From contig NC_092675.1 of assembly GCF_964355755.1 (NCBI RefSeq), positions 30,724,912 to 30,788,911 of the forward strand: a stretch of DNA of 64,000 bases, written 5' to 3'. Each line of letters begins with the position of its first letter. The first letter of the stretch is position 1. Below, piece by piece: positions 52,012 to 64,000 of this stretch. The translations under genes and the position numbers were made by a program. Source of the DNA: Antedon mediterranea (lineage: Eukaryota > Animalia > Echinodermata). Under the pieces are notes generated by a model, which had not been told where the DNA came from, did no database searches, and worked only from the letters and a program-made list of their open reading frames with translations.

Positions 52012-54226
52012 ATGCCGTCAGCCACAAAGGGTAGGTATTATCATCATCATCCTTATTAAAGCTTGTATTGTATGTTATATCATTGTTACCACGCTGGTCA
52101 ATATATAAACAAAACAAACGTGCTTTTATATTATTACACTTTTTAATTGTGTATATATATATTTTTTTTAATTGCTGGTTTTAATTACATTTTTATTACA
52201 TTGTAGGATATTATCGTTTCCTTATTCTCACTTTCAACTCTTTGGCTCTTGTTGGATGTTATTATTGTTATGATATACCAAGTACTATTCAAGGGATTCT
52301 TCAAGCACCGGTGAGTAAAGAACACGTTGGTAACTACTGTACCTTCTGATGAACAAATAAATGTGAAATATTAAGTCAATATTTGTTGCCTACTAACTTG
52401 TTTTGGAGTATGTTTTTGTTATCATAACACCATCATCAGATATTGTATGCATCCAAAACAGAATATTTTGGCAAAAAAGCCGATATTGTATTATTTGGTG
52501 GCTTGCTTAAAAACATCAAATGAGACATAACTTTATTAAATTGATTAATTTGTTAATTTCAGCTGTCTTGTAACGAATCAAATATTACAGAATGCACTGA
52601 GGGATTTGGACTGAATTCAGTACAATACAACCAACTATATGCTATTAGTTCATTTTCGTAAGTTATGTAGCTTTTTAGCATTCAGTATAGATTTAATCCG
52701 TGTGTATTATTTGCACCATTCTCATGATGCAAAAACAGCATGTAATTTTTATATATCTGAAATTTGTTTTGGTAAATGTTTCGCAAATAATATGCTTGCT
52801 ACACAGGCATGATGTGTGATTGCGTATTGGGGCGTGGCTTCAAACTTTTGTTTGTGATGTGTACCTTCTTCATGTTAAAACGCTTTTTGAATAGTGATTT
52901 AGTAATGTATAACGACTATGGCTAAGATATAGGGAAAAAATAATTAAGGCATTCCAAAATGGATGAAGTGCATGTCTTATTGTAATCTCTATACCTACAG
53001 TACCACCCATTTTCTACAAACTTTTAATATTTATTTTAGATGTGGAGTTTCTGTTTTGATAGCAGGGTATTTAGTTGACAGATGTGGGAATGTAGGTAAG
53101 TTATTTTATGATTCTATTCTAGTGTTCTGCATAGATTCAGGCTAGGATCAATGTTCTTTGGAGTAAAATTATTTTGTGAATTATTTTATTTTGTTAATCT
53201 TTATAAATTCCATTTATTTTGTTTTTTAAATTGTTGCATGTTTATGTCTTGTCATATTGTATATTTGTGAGAGTCCTTAATGATCAGCTTCGGCTGGATG
53301 CACCTCCTCTTTGTCATATTGTATATTTGTGAGAGTCCTTAATGATCAGCTTCGGCTGGATGCACCTCCTCTTTGTCATATTGTATATTTGTGAGAGTCC
53401 TTAATGATCAGCTTCGGCTGGATGCACCTCCTCTTAAAATATTGTATATTTGTGAGAGTCCTTAATGATGGCAGCTTCGGCTGGATGCACCTCCTCTTAA
53501 AATATTGTTGAAATAAATAAGTGCAATAAATAAAATAATTCAGCCTAATTTTGGCATAAACATTCAGACCAACAATAAATGGCAGATTTTTGTGTTATAC
53601 TTTTCTATATTTTGTTATTCTAGTTGGACTAATCATGTTTTCAGTGTTTGCTGTGATTGGAACATTAATTTTCGCAATTTCTGCATTATTCAAGGGAGCA
53701 TTACTAATGTTTCCAGGGATGTTAATTGGCCGTCTGTTTTTTGGTAGTGCATATGGCTCAACGTCGGGTAAGATTTTATCCCTCTTTCAAAGTGTACTGT
53801 ATTCATGTTTAATTTACTAAAAAATATGAGGTCAATTTGGTGAAAGTTAGATGAATAGCAGCTTTTAAAGTTGTCATTCGTCTTGTTAGGAAGCCTAGCA
53901 ATCATGCCTTCACTTTCGTTCAAATTTACTTTTCAAAATTTGGAAAGCGGCCTCAATATTTTGTTACCATGAAACTTAAACTTACCTAAAATTTATTTTT
54001 ACTAGCTTACGAAAATGACGACATTTCTGTGATGTATTCGTTTTGGTAATCCTATTTGTAAGGATGCGAAACCTCGCTATTACCAACAACATTCAATTTT
54101 ACTTTGCTTATTTTCCAGTTATTGCAAATAGAATGACTGCATTCTGGTTCAAAGATAAAGAAATTGCTTTAGCTTTTGGATTTGTTATTTCAAGTTGGAG
54201 AGCTGTAAGTTTTTTCTTTGTTTTTG

Positions 54227-54264
<38 letters not shown>

Positions 54265-56673
54265 ATATAGTAAAAAGTAATTTCATAAGGTGGAAAATAA
54301 AGAATTTTCATTGAAGCACTTACATATTTGTTAATAGTAATGCATATATATAAATATTTCTATTCTATAGGCTGGTTGTTTAAATTTCTTCTTAAGTAAG
54401 AGCTTTGCAAATGATTTTGGTGTAATTTGGACTCTGTGGTTCGGTACATTGCTTGTGTGTATAAGTTTTCTTGCTGCAATTGTTAGTAGTGCTTTAGAAA
54501 TACATGGAAAGAAGCAACTACCGGTTTGTACAAATTGTTAAATATTAATAAAAAGAAAATTGTTCAATATCATTAACATCATCATCATAAAAATCAATAT
54601 CACTATCATCATGATCACACTCTTGTGGTTTTCCATATAAAAAGATAGCGTGTGACAGCAGAGGCTGAAATGAATGATTGTAGTATCCCTCTACTACCTG
54701 TATTTCCAAAAGATGCACACGCCAGATGTGTACACTGGACCTCCATTCCTGATCCTAGACGATTCACATTGCTAAATCTCTGTCTACACAAATCAAACTT
54801 TATGTGAAAAAAATGTGATATGGCCATATATGGACATGATGATGTCATATCACTACCAGATTTGGGCACATCACACTTTTGTTTGTCAAACTTGTTTGAT
54901 AGTGTAGACAGAGCTTATCAAAACTAGTTTTCACACTGGAGAGCACACCATACAAAACATAGGTGTTGTTTTTTAACTCCTGAATTTAAGGCTATAGTTC
55001 TACCATAGATATTTAACAATATAATCATTTTTTTTTTTATTTTACTGTAGGCATTCAATTATAGATTTAATATTTTTTCATGTACAATTAATAATAATGT
55101 CTTTTTTCCTAATTTTACTCAGATAATCGATTATAAACTTGTAACATTTCGGCTTCTTGATGTCGTTAAACTTTCACCTCTATACTGGTTGACAAGTGCA
55201 TCATTGGCCTTAAATTTTAGCATAATTTACGCATTTATTGCTGATTCAAGGTAAATACCAATTATAAATGACAGTTTAAAAGAATGTACTTAAATGTCAT
55301 TTATTTCAATTTCTTTGTATGATATATTTATTTATGATTTTTTTACCAGTGAATTTATTCGAATCAAGTATAACTACGCCGCAGATTCAACAGCGCCATC
55401 GTACTACACTGGGACTGTGTATTTAGTCGCAACATTTCTCAGTCCAATTATTGGTATGCTAATTGTAAGCATCATTTTTATTTATCCTCTTTACCATGTT
55501 CCTTTATTTCAACATAAATATTTAATGATAAAATTACAACATATATTCTTTCAGGGAAATAATAAAATGTAACATTATTTTGTCTTAAATTTTATTTAAT
55601 TTGCAGGACCAGATAGGTAGACGATGTTTATTAGGTGTCTTTAGCAGCATTGGTTCAATCCTGGTATTTTGTATGTTTGCTTTCACTCACTTTCACCCTT
55701 TAATTGGTACAATTCTTCTGGGCATTATCGTTGGAATCACAGGTGTAAGTTTTTTTATTAATTTCTTTCATTTTTAGTATTTCATATTTAGTGTAACCAA
55801 TACCATGAAAGAGTGATATTACAATCTTCAACGATGTCAAATTATATATGGATTTTATTTCAGCTAATTCCATTTTTTTCTTCAAATACACTACACAATA
55901 TTTAATTACCTATATTGTATTAGGATTGATTTAACAACATAAAGTATCGCTTAGGTACATTTCCTAAGTTTTAATTTACCAAAGAAACTATCTTAACTTT
56001 GCTGTACCTTTAACAGACAGCACTGTGGTCATGTTTACCATTGGTTGTTCCAGAGGCAATTCTTGGTACCGCTATGGGGGTGTCAACATGTATTGTTATG
56101 TTGAGTATATCATCCTGTAATATGATTGTTGGTGAAATATTACAAGATCAAGAACAGTAAGTAGTATGAGCATTCATATTTTTCATCTGAAGATTTTTAG
56201 CATGAACAATACATTATGATTATTTACTTTTATTACTTTACTGGTCACACAACACAAATTAGCATACTTTTTTTTTTACAGAAATGAGAAAAGATGGAAA
56301 TTGGTGATGATATTCTTACTAGGCTTGTCTGTTGTGTACTTAATTATAAATATATTGACTTACATCATTGACATTAAAAAGGTGAGCACACATGTTGTAA
56401 GAATGTTATCAAATAATGTTTGTAGACTTCTTCCTCTCTGTGGCTTGTTTGCCTTCTGTAACCCAGACTTATGTATTGTGATTAATCCTAATTCATTTGT
56501 TTGAATAAATATATTTCTAAATTTAATCATATTCTTAAATGTGTTATGTTCTTCGACAGGGTGGTGTACTAAATACAACGAAAAAGAAGACAAAGAAATC
56601 AAGACCTTCTTCAGAAACACAAGATGCATTATTCACAAATACTGAGAATGAAGGAATTCCATTGATTCATTAA
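52012..56673 (+). CDS. MFSD1: MFSD1-like major facilitator superfamily transporter, copy A (463 aa, 13 coding exons)
   Basis: Exons 52012-52030, 52207-52310, 52563-52657, 53040-53095, 53624-53767, 54119-54204, 54371-54523, 55123-55250, 55350-55464, 55607-55744, 56017-56156, 56282-56381, 56560-56673 (1392 nt). Motifs: GCYYCYDIP, QYNQLYA, GYLVDRCG (motif A), GRLFFG, WFKDKEIALAFG, GMLIDQIGRR, LWSCLPLVVPEAILGTAMG, GGVLN. It is a divergent family member, so one-to-one orthology is uncertain. Confidence 0.85.
53250..53520 (+). repeat. 62-bp tandem repeat x 4 derived from a LINE 3' terminus
   Basis: Unit ..gtgagagtccttaatgatcagcttcggctggatgcacctcctctt, ending aaaatattgttgaaataaa; it matches the 3' end of the LINE at 58545-58612 (minus strand). 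Confidence 0.8.
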
Positions 56674-57673
56674 TTTAATTTGATAGAAATCTGTTTAGAC
56701 CTGTTAGTAAATTAAAAAATTATACAATAAAATAAAAATCAATTTCATGCATTGAAGTATTATAAAATGGTTAAACAAGTAATATGATCAAGAGGCTGAG
56801 GGGTAGCTGACTCATATTGCTTAAGCTGCCCCTGCCCAGAATTTAGTGATCTCTTTTTATTTATATATTGTGCTGATTTTATGCTGGTCAAATAAATAAA
56901 CGAAATGAATCACAGTGGACAATACAAAAACAATATCATATATATTTATTATGTATACACTCGCACAATCAATGTGGTCTTATTTTAGTCACCAAAATGA
57001 CAAATTTACATAACTTTCCTTACCTCCACTTAATGACAATTCCTAGGAAGAGTGAAGAGGCCTACGGTAATAAGATGTATTTAATATTTAGCCTTTAAAA
57101 AGTTGTTTTTGTCTGCGCAGGTGTCAATTATGGCCCTGGACACAGTATGGCCCTGGACACAGTATGGCCCTGGACACAGTATTTTATACACAAATTCATA
57201 GTTTAAAATCACCCCACCCCCAACCAATAAAAAAAATGCAAAATAAGATTATAAATGTTTACATTGAAAGGGTTCGTTACATCAATGTTGTATGGTTTAC
57301 CCTTTGTGGAAAACACATGGAATAATCAGGTATGTTATTTATTTTTATGATCAGACAAGAAAATCAAATAATATCAGTCAAAACAATTTCAAAATATCTG
57401 TCAACAAAAGTGGTTATAGATGTGACTATCATTCTAATATTTGATATCTAAAAATTTACATAAAATATTAATTAATTCATTATATTTGATTGCTATTTGA
57501 ATACTAAAATCCTATTGTTATTTATACAGCATATTGTAACTGTATTTTTTTGTGCACAGTATTTGTAGTTTTTATCAAGTACATACGTAAATATAATTTT
57601 ATGTAACATATTTATTAAAAAATTGATTTGCAGTTAAGGAAAAATGTCAGTTACTTACTAGACTGTGTCAATT

Positions 57674-60600
57674 ATGGTGGCTTTATCAGCCACAAAGGGT
57701 AGCTAAGTTTTTTTTTATTATTTAGAGATAACAAATTAAATTATAATTTTGATCTGCTTGCATTTGACTGTATTGTACTGTTTTATATTATATGTGTGGT
57801 AGTATATCCTGTGTATTTTCAGTAAATTGCTGTTGGTGTTTAAATAAGTATTTATTACATTGTAGGATATTATCGTTTCCTTATTCTCACTTTCAACTCT
57901 TTGGCTCTTGTTGGATGTTATTATTGTTATGATATACCAAGTACTATTCAAGGGATTCTTCAAGCACCGGTGAGTAAAGACAACTTTGGTACCTACTGTA
58001 CCATGTGAACAAAATTTCATTCCTGAAGATCAACAAATACTTGTGAAATATTGATCACAAGTTCAAGTTATCTTTATTGTGTTTTCACAAACAAAAATTA
58101 CAATGGGTTGCCTTTCTTTTTTGAGTATTTCCTATATTATAATTCAAACTTATTTGTGGAGACCATCATCAGATTTTGTATACATAAAAAAAACAGCGTA
58201 TTTTGGCAAAAAGCTGATATGGAAATATCATCATTAACTGCAAGGTATTTTTTATGATATGTTGATATAAGTTTGCAGTACACCACATATATTAGTTCTG
58301 AAAGGAAATGTTTCGACCAATATGCTTTGATCGTCCTCAGGAATCAACGAAAGGTATCTTTTCCTAATATGAAGCTAAATAAAAAATGTGATTTTTCAAT
58401 TTCAGCTGTCATGTAACGAATCAAATAATACAGAATGCACTGAGGGATTTGGACTGAATTCAGTGCAATACAACCAACTATATGCTGTTAGTTCGTTATC
58501 GTAAGTTAACGGAAGATTTTATAATGATTTTTTTAATTTTTTTTATTTTTATTTCAACAATATTTTATGAGGGTGGTCCATCCAGCATCAGCTGATCATT
58601 AGGGACCCTCAAACAATACAAACAGTAAATACAAAATGAACTATAAAAACACAAAATTCACAAAGATATAAAACATAAATAAATAAATATATATAAATAT
58701 ACAGTATGCCAACAATGAAAGAAGGATAAAAAGAAATAAAATCAGAGAGAGAGAGTTACGAATGCTTAAAGGTAGAGAATTAAAGAAAGAAGGAGCATTG
58801 AAACTAAAAGAAAGTTTAAAGATTTCAAGGTAAGGACGAGGGATAAGAAGATCTCCTTTAGTAATTTGCCTAGTGTTCATACGGCCGTTGGAAGTTACTT
58901 AAGTTAAAAGCTGACAGATAGTAAGTGGAGCAGAGTGATGAAGAGCTTTGAAAGATAGACATGCAAGCTGAAAGAGGTATCGTTCATGGAAGGGGAGAGT
59001 CTTAGCACTGGAAAAGTGATGAGGAGAGAGATGTGTAGTGGGAGATAGATTGAGTAGTAGACGGATAGCTTTATTCTGGATTTTTTAAAGTTTAGTGGTA
59101 GAAGAAGGTTTAGAACCCCAGACAGAGCAGCAGTAGTCAAGTCTAGAAAGGAAAAGTGAATTGTACAGAAGATGAAGAGAAGATTTGTTTGTAAATTTAG
59201 AGGTACGTTTGAGTAAGTAGATAATAGAATTGAGTTTTTTACAGAGGGAAGATATGTGAGATTTCCAGGTTAGAGTATTGTCAATTATGAATCCAAGGCG
59301 TTTGTGAGAAGTAACAGATTGAATAGGAGAATCATTAAGAGTAAGGGTGATAGAGTTAGATTTAAGTTTTTGAGAAGAGCCAATGAGCATAGATTTAGTT
59401 TTTGAGATACTGAGTGTTAGTCTGTTAGATTTTAGCCAGGTAGAGAGATGAATTAGAGCATTATTAAGATTCTGTTCAATAAGTTTAGAAGAGGAGTTAG
59501 AATAGTAGATGATGGTATCGTTAACATGTAGATTGATAATAATAATATAATAATAATTAGAGTTATGAGAGATTAGAGAAGATGAAAGGTCGTTAATGTA
59601 GATGGAAAAGAGAAGAGGACCAAGAGTGGAGCCTTGAGGAACTCCAGTAGAAAGAAAACCAGAGGAAGAAAGAGTTTTTTCAAAAAGAACTTTTCATATC
59701 CTACAGTATGTCACCATTGTGACATACTGTAGGATATGAAAAATATGATTTAAGGCCTTCCATATAGGATGAATTACAGGGTGCTCTTTATATGCTGCAT
59801 AACACCACATTTTTTTTTATATTAACAACCAAATTTCTGCTAAGTACTGTGTGTGTTTTACAAAAAACAGTGTTGCAATGTAAAATATTACCTAAAATAA
59901 TAAATAAAGTAAATGGGAGGTGATTTAGTCACAGGCTTTTTTTTTTCACAGGCGAGCCCTGTGATATTTCAAAGATGTATTTTAAAATATTAATCTACTT
60001 ATACTTATAATTCATTTTTATTTACATTTATATCAACTATTGAAATTACAGTTTCTTAATTTAAAAGATATTCTATTGCATGATGTTTTAGATGTGGAGT
60101 TTCTGTTTTGATAGCAGGGTATTTAGTTGACAGATGTGGGAATGTAGGTAAGTTATTTTATGTTGTATTAATGATAATATAAATTTTGTTCCTAATATAG
60201 CTATAAATGATATAAAAACCAAGTCTGTTTCCTGATAAAAAACAATAATCTACTCTACTATCCATTCACATACAATAGAACCATGTCTTTTATATTTGTA
60301 AAACGTATCACAACTTAAAACAAAAAAAAGGTTTTCCAATTAATCTATTCCAGTCGTCCATAAATTCACAGTCTAGTATCAATCCTTGAGTAAAGTGAAC
60401 AATGTTCCTATAATACAGTATAGAACTCTGTTTACAATATCAAACTAGTATGACAACAGAATGTGGTGTGCCCATGGTAGTGATATGCCCAAACATGGTA
60501 TTGAGATGACATCCTCATGTCCAAATATGGGCACATCACATTTTTTGTCACATAAAGTTAAGTTTGATAGTGTATACAGAGCTTAATGGCATACAAATAA

Positions 60601-63127
60601 CAATGGGTGATTTTGGGCTTTCTGTGAAAGATTTTTTTTAAATTGTGTTTTTCTAGTTGGACTAATCATGTTTTCAGTGTTTGCTGTGATTGGAACATTT
60701 ATTTTCGCAATTTCTGCGTTATTCAAGGGAGCATTACTAATGTTTCCAGGGATGTTAATTGGCCGTCTGTTTTTTGGTAGTGCATATGGCTCTGCATCGA
60801 GTAAGTAATGTTAGGCCAGTATATTATGAAGGATACAAATAAGGACAATCTAAAAGATTACCATGATATTAACCAATTAGTTAGTTAGTTAGTTAGTTAG
60901 CATTCATATTAAATAAATGGAACAGACTTATTTATTTGCTTATTTTCCAGTTATTGCAAATAGAATGACTGCATTCTGGTTCAGAGATAAAGAACTTGCT
61001 TTAGCTTTTGGGTTTGTTATTTCAAGTTGGAGAGCTGTAAGTTTTATCTTTGTTTTTGCATCATCATCACAGTGGCATAATGACTATAAGTGCTCACTGG
61101 CTAAACCAAAGCCCCCTAGAGCATCAGAAACACATAACTACCCTTTAGGGGTGCCAAACTAGAGGCCTTGCCCACCTGAGTTAGACCACTGCATCATAAT
61201 CATCAACATCATCAATGTCTTTACCTTAATCATGTAAGTAAATTCTTATAGACTAATGGTCTACAGGTATGAACGTCAGGCTATTAATCTGGATGTTGTG
61301 GGTCCTAGTCCCATGCACTTACCCAAAATAGAAGAGTTCTTATGTATATTATATCAGGGCAAAACAGAGTAAGGCAAAAGAGAGAAGGGCAACACAGAGT
61401 AGGGCAAAAGAGAGAAGGGCAACACAGAGTAGGGCAAAACATGTGGTTAAATCATCATAACATACTCAATAGTAATGCAAATATTTTTAAAATTAAAATT
61501 CTATAGGCTGGTTGTTTAAATTTCGTCTTAAGTAAGAGCTTTGCAAATGATTTTGGTGTAATTTGGACTCTGTGGTTCGGTACATTGCTTGTGTGTATAA
61601 GTTTTCTTGCTGCAATTGTTAGTAGTGCTTTAGAAATACATGGAAAGAAGCAACTACAGGTTTGTACAAATTGCTATACAGCATCTTCATCAAGTCAATA
61701 TCGGTACATTTTCTTGATTTTACTTTAATAAATATTGAAAACAGACTTTAATTTGTATAATAATGCCTTTTTTCTTAATTTCACTCAGACAATTGATTAT
61801 AAATGTTTTCGTCTTCTTGATGTCGTTAACTTTTCACCTCTATACTGGTTGACAACTGGATCAATGGCCGTCAATTATGGCATAGTTTACGCATTTATTG
61901 CTGACTCAAGGTAAATACCAAGTAGCATAGATGACATTTTAAGAAAATGTACTTAAGTTGTTGGCATTTTAATCATCAATTGCTGACTTTTGTGTGCTTT
62001 ATCGCATGAAACCGAAAGAGAAAGTGAACTGGATGTTTTATGATGAGCTTTGATCAGCGATTTAACAGGTCATTGTATACATTAAAAATGACCTGAGTAA
62101 ACTTAAATAAATTCAATGTCAGAGTCTTGGTATCAGATGTGTTATATATCTGTCCATAGTATTTTATTTGTAAATTATTTCATTATTATATTATTATTTC
62201 ATTATTATATTCATTATTACCAGTGAATTTATACGAATCAAGTGTAACTACGCCCCAGATTCAACAGCGCCATCGTACTACACTGGGACTGTGTATTTGG
62301 TTGCAACATTTCTCAGTCCAATCATTGGTATGCTAATTGTAAGCAACATTTTTTTTGTTTTAATTCCGATATTCCTCTAGTACTTTATCCCAATCAAGGA
62401 TTTCCTTACCCCAATCACATGAATAATACAAAAACTATCCCTTTTCCTCCAACACACCTCTAATCAGCAGAATAATACAACAGTTATGTAATGTTGTCAT
62501 ATATGTAATTTATTGCAGGACCAAATAGGTAGGCGATGCTTAATAGGTGTCTTTTGCAGCATTGGTTTAATCCTGGTATTTTGTATTTTTGCTTTTACCG
62601 ACTTTCATCCATTCATTGGTTCAATTCTTCTGGGCATCGTTGTTGGAACCACTAATGTAAGAACCGTATTCAGATTCAGATTTATTTGGTCCTTGCAGAA
62701 ATTCATGACAGGCACAATATAGCTGACATAACAATACAATAACATACAAAATATATATAAGTAAAGTAAATACAGTATAAACAAGTAAAGAGTTGTAATA
62801 AAGATACACATCTTTAAGTAATAAGTTGGAAGACCAAACCTTACAACTTGTTACCAGTTGTAACAATTTATGCAGATGTAGGTATAACTCTACAAATAAC
62901 ATCTTAGATTAGTGTCTCAGTCTATTTCAGTTATTTCACCAATTATGTTAACAGTTACTTGTATTATTAAGTGTTTTGCTTTAATAGCCAGCTCTGTGGT
63001 CATGTATAGCATTAGTTGTTCCAGAGGCAATTCTTGGTACCGCTATGGGGGTGACAATGTGTATTGTTATGTTGAGTATATCATTCTGTAATATGATTGT
63101 TGGTGAAATATTACAAGATCAAGAACA
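57674..63127 (+). CDS. MFSD1: MFSD1-like transporter, tandem copy B (3'-partial; the last two exons are not in the window)
   Basis: Exons 57674-57698 (MVALSATKG), 57866-57969, 58406-58500, 60092-60147, 60657-60800, 60951-61036, 61507-61659, 61789-61910, 62224-62338, 62519-62656, 62988-63127. Exon sizes and phases match copy A except exon 1 (+6 nt) and exon 8 (-6 nt). No stops or frameshifts seen. Confidence 0.85.
58545..59690 (-). mobile_element. 5'-truncated CR1/L2-type LINE (RT C-terminal half plus 3' UTR), degenerate
   Basis: GVPQGSTLGPLLFSIYINDL, a decayed YADD (HVNDT), W..NRL.LS..KT..MLIGS, LYNSLFLSRLDYCCSVWG, SFSFNAPSFFNSLP; frameshifts are present. Confidence 0.92.
61070..61191. mobile_element. 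hAT-type MITE inserted in a (CAT)n tract
   Basis: cagtgg...ccactg ends; 8-bp TSD catcatca / catcataa. Confidence 0.65.
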
Positions 63128-63269
63128 GTAAGTATGAGCATTCATATTTTTCATCTGAAGATTTTTAGCATGAGGAATAAATTACGATTAATTACTTTTA
63201 TTATTACTTTACTGCACACACAACACAAATGAGCATTCAGATTTTCAGATTCTTTTTAGCATAAGCAAT

Positions 63270-64000
63270 ATTCAATTCAATTCAATTCAAGGAACATTTA
63301 TTCACGTCCAAAAGACAAAAGTAACAAAAACAAAATGGCAAGTGATAAAACAAGAAAATGGACGAAGGCAAATCCCAAAAAGATTACAATCTTGTGACGG
63401 GATTGCCTTTACAAAATATTTAAATAAGAGAAGAAAAAAAAAAAAATATATATATAAATAAAGAAAATAAATTAATTAAACAATAAAGAAATACAAAATA
63501 TATATAAAACCAGTAGATAAAAGTTGGAATAAAAAATAAAAAAAGAACAGAAAAAAGTACAGCTGCATGGCATATAGCGAATATGATGACAATTGAATAA
63601 TAAAGATAGCAAGTCACGGAACATGGAAAAAACGACCATATCAAACAGATCGATCAGTAATGAGACAATAGGTAATTTTTTATGTTATTATTAAATGAAT
63701 AGCGGTTGGCAGCACAGGAAATTGAGGGGGGTAAATTGTTAAACAATAGAGGTCCAGAATATCTAATGCTATGTTGAAAATAATTGGTGTTATGGTTAGG
63801 GATATATATGTTATTTCTTGTTCTAGTATAATATTTATGAACGGTATTATTAGGAGCGAAAAGGTCGTTTAGATGGCAAGGGAGAAGTGAGTGAGTGGCC
63901 AAAAAAACAAAGACACCTTGCTGGGATAGGTTAATGTCCGAGAGTTTGAGAAGATTGAGTTTGGAGAATAAGTGGGAGGAATGTGACAGTGGATGAGCGC
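63270..64000 (-). mobile_element. CR1/L2-type LINE 3' portion (continues beyond the window)
   Basis: ORF remnant H.YYTRTRNNIYIP..TNYFQHSIRYSGPLLFNNLP; 3' stem-loop aaaggcaatcccg...gggatttgcctt; (TTGAA)n tail. Confidence 0.85.

Noticed and set aside
54208-54270. Poly-Ser and poly-Asp ORF tails
   Set aside because: An intronic (CAT)n microsatellite read past the donor at 54205.
57130-57181. 17-bp x 3 repeat beginning with ATG after an AG, as a possible alternative first coding exon of MFSD1-like copy B
   Set aside because: The donors are weak or out of phase; 57674 matches copy A exon 1 much better.

Overview
AT-rich, intron-rich eukaryotic (metazoan) genomic DNA; the gene and repeat content suggests a marine invertebrate, possibly an echinoderm (inference). 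I built exon chains by hand from GT-AG sites and codon phase. They give six genes: (1) the 5' part of a multi-PDZ scaffold gene of the MPDZ/PATJ family on the minus strand (L27 plus PDZ1-7, running off the left edge); (2) a 3-exon orphan single-pass membrane protein gene (minus, 31201-32196); (3) a 3-domain gelsolin/severin-like gene (plus, 366 aa); (4) MTAP (plus, 280 aa); (5-6) two tandem MFSD1-like MFS transporter genes (plus; copy A complete at 463 aa, copy B runs off the right edge). Introns hold many mobile elements: a non-autonomous Helitron, a hAT-like element with a 6-bp TSD that splits a 12-bp satellite, a 2.3-kb fully palindromic element, a Harbinger-like element with a Myb remnant, MITEs, tRNA-derived SINEs, LINE fragments, Penelope-type hammerhead-like motifs and several ~50-bp minisatellites. 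The most interesting candidates are a cluster of in-frame alternative splice sites and a microexon aimed at the ligand-binding loop of MPDZ PDZ6, the giant intronic hairpin, the orphan membrane gene, and exon-restricted homogenisation between the MFSD1-like paralogs. No database search was possible, so family names rest on recognised motifs, and all alternative-splicing calls are unverified predictions.
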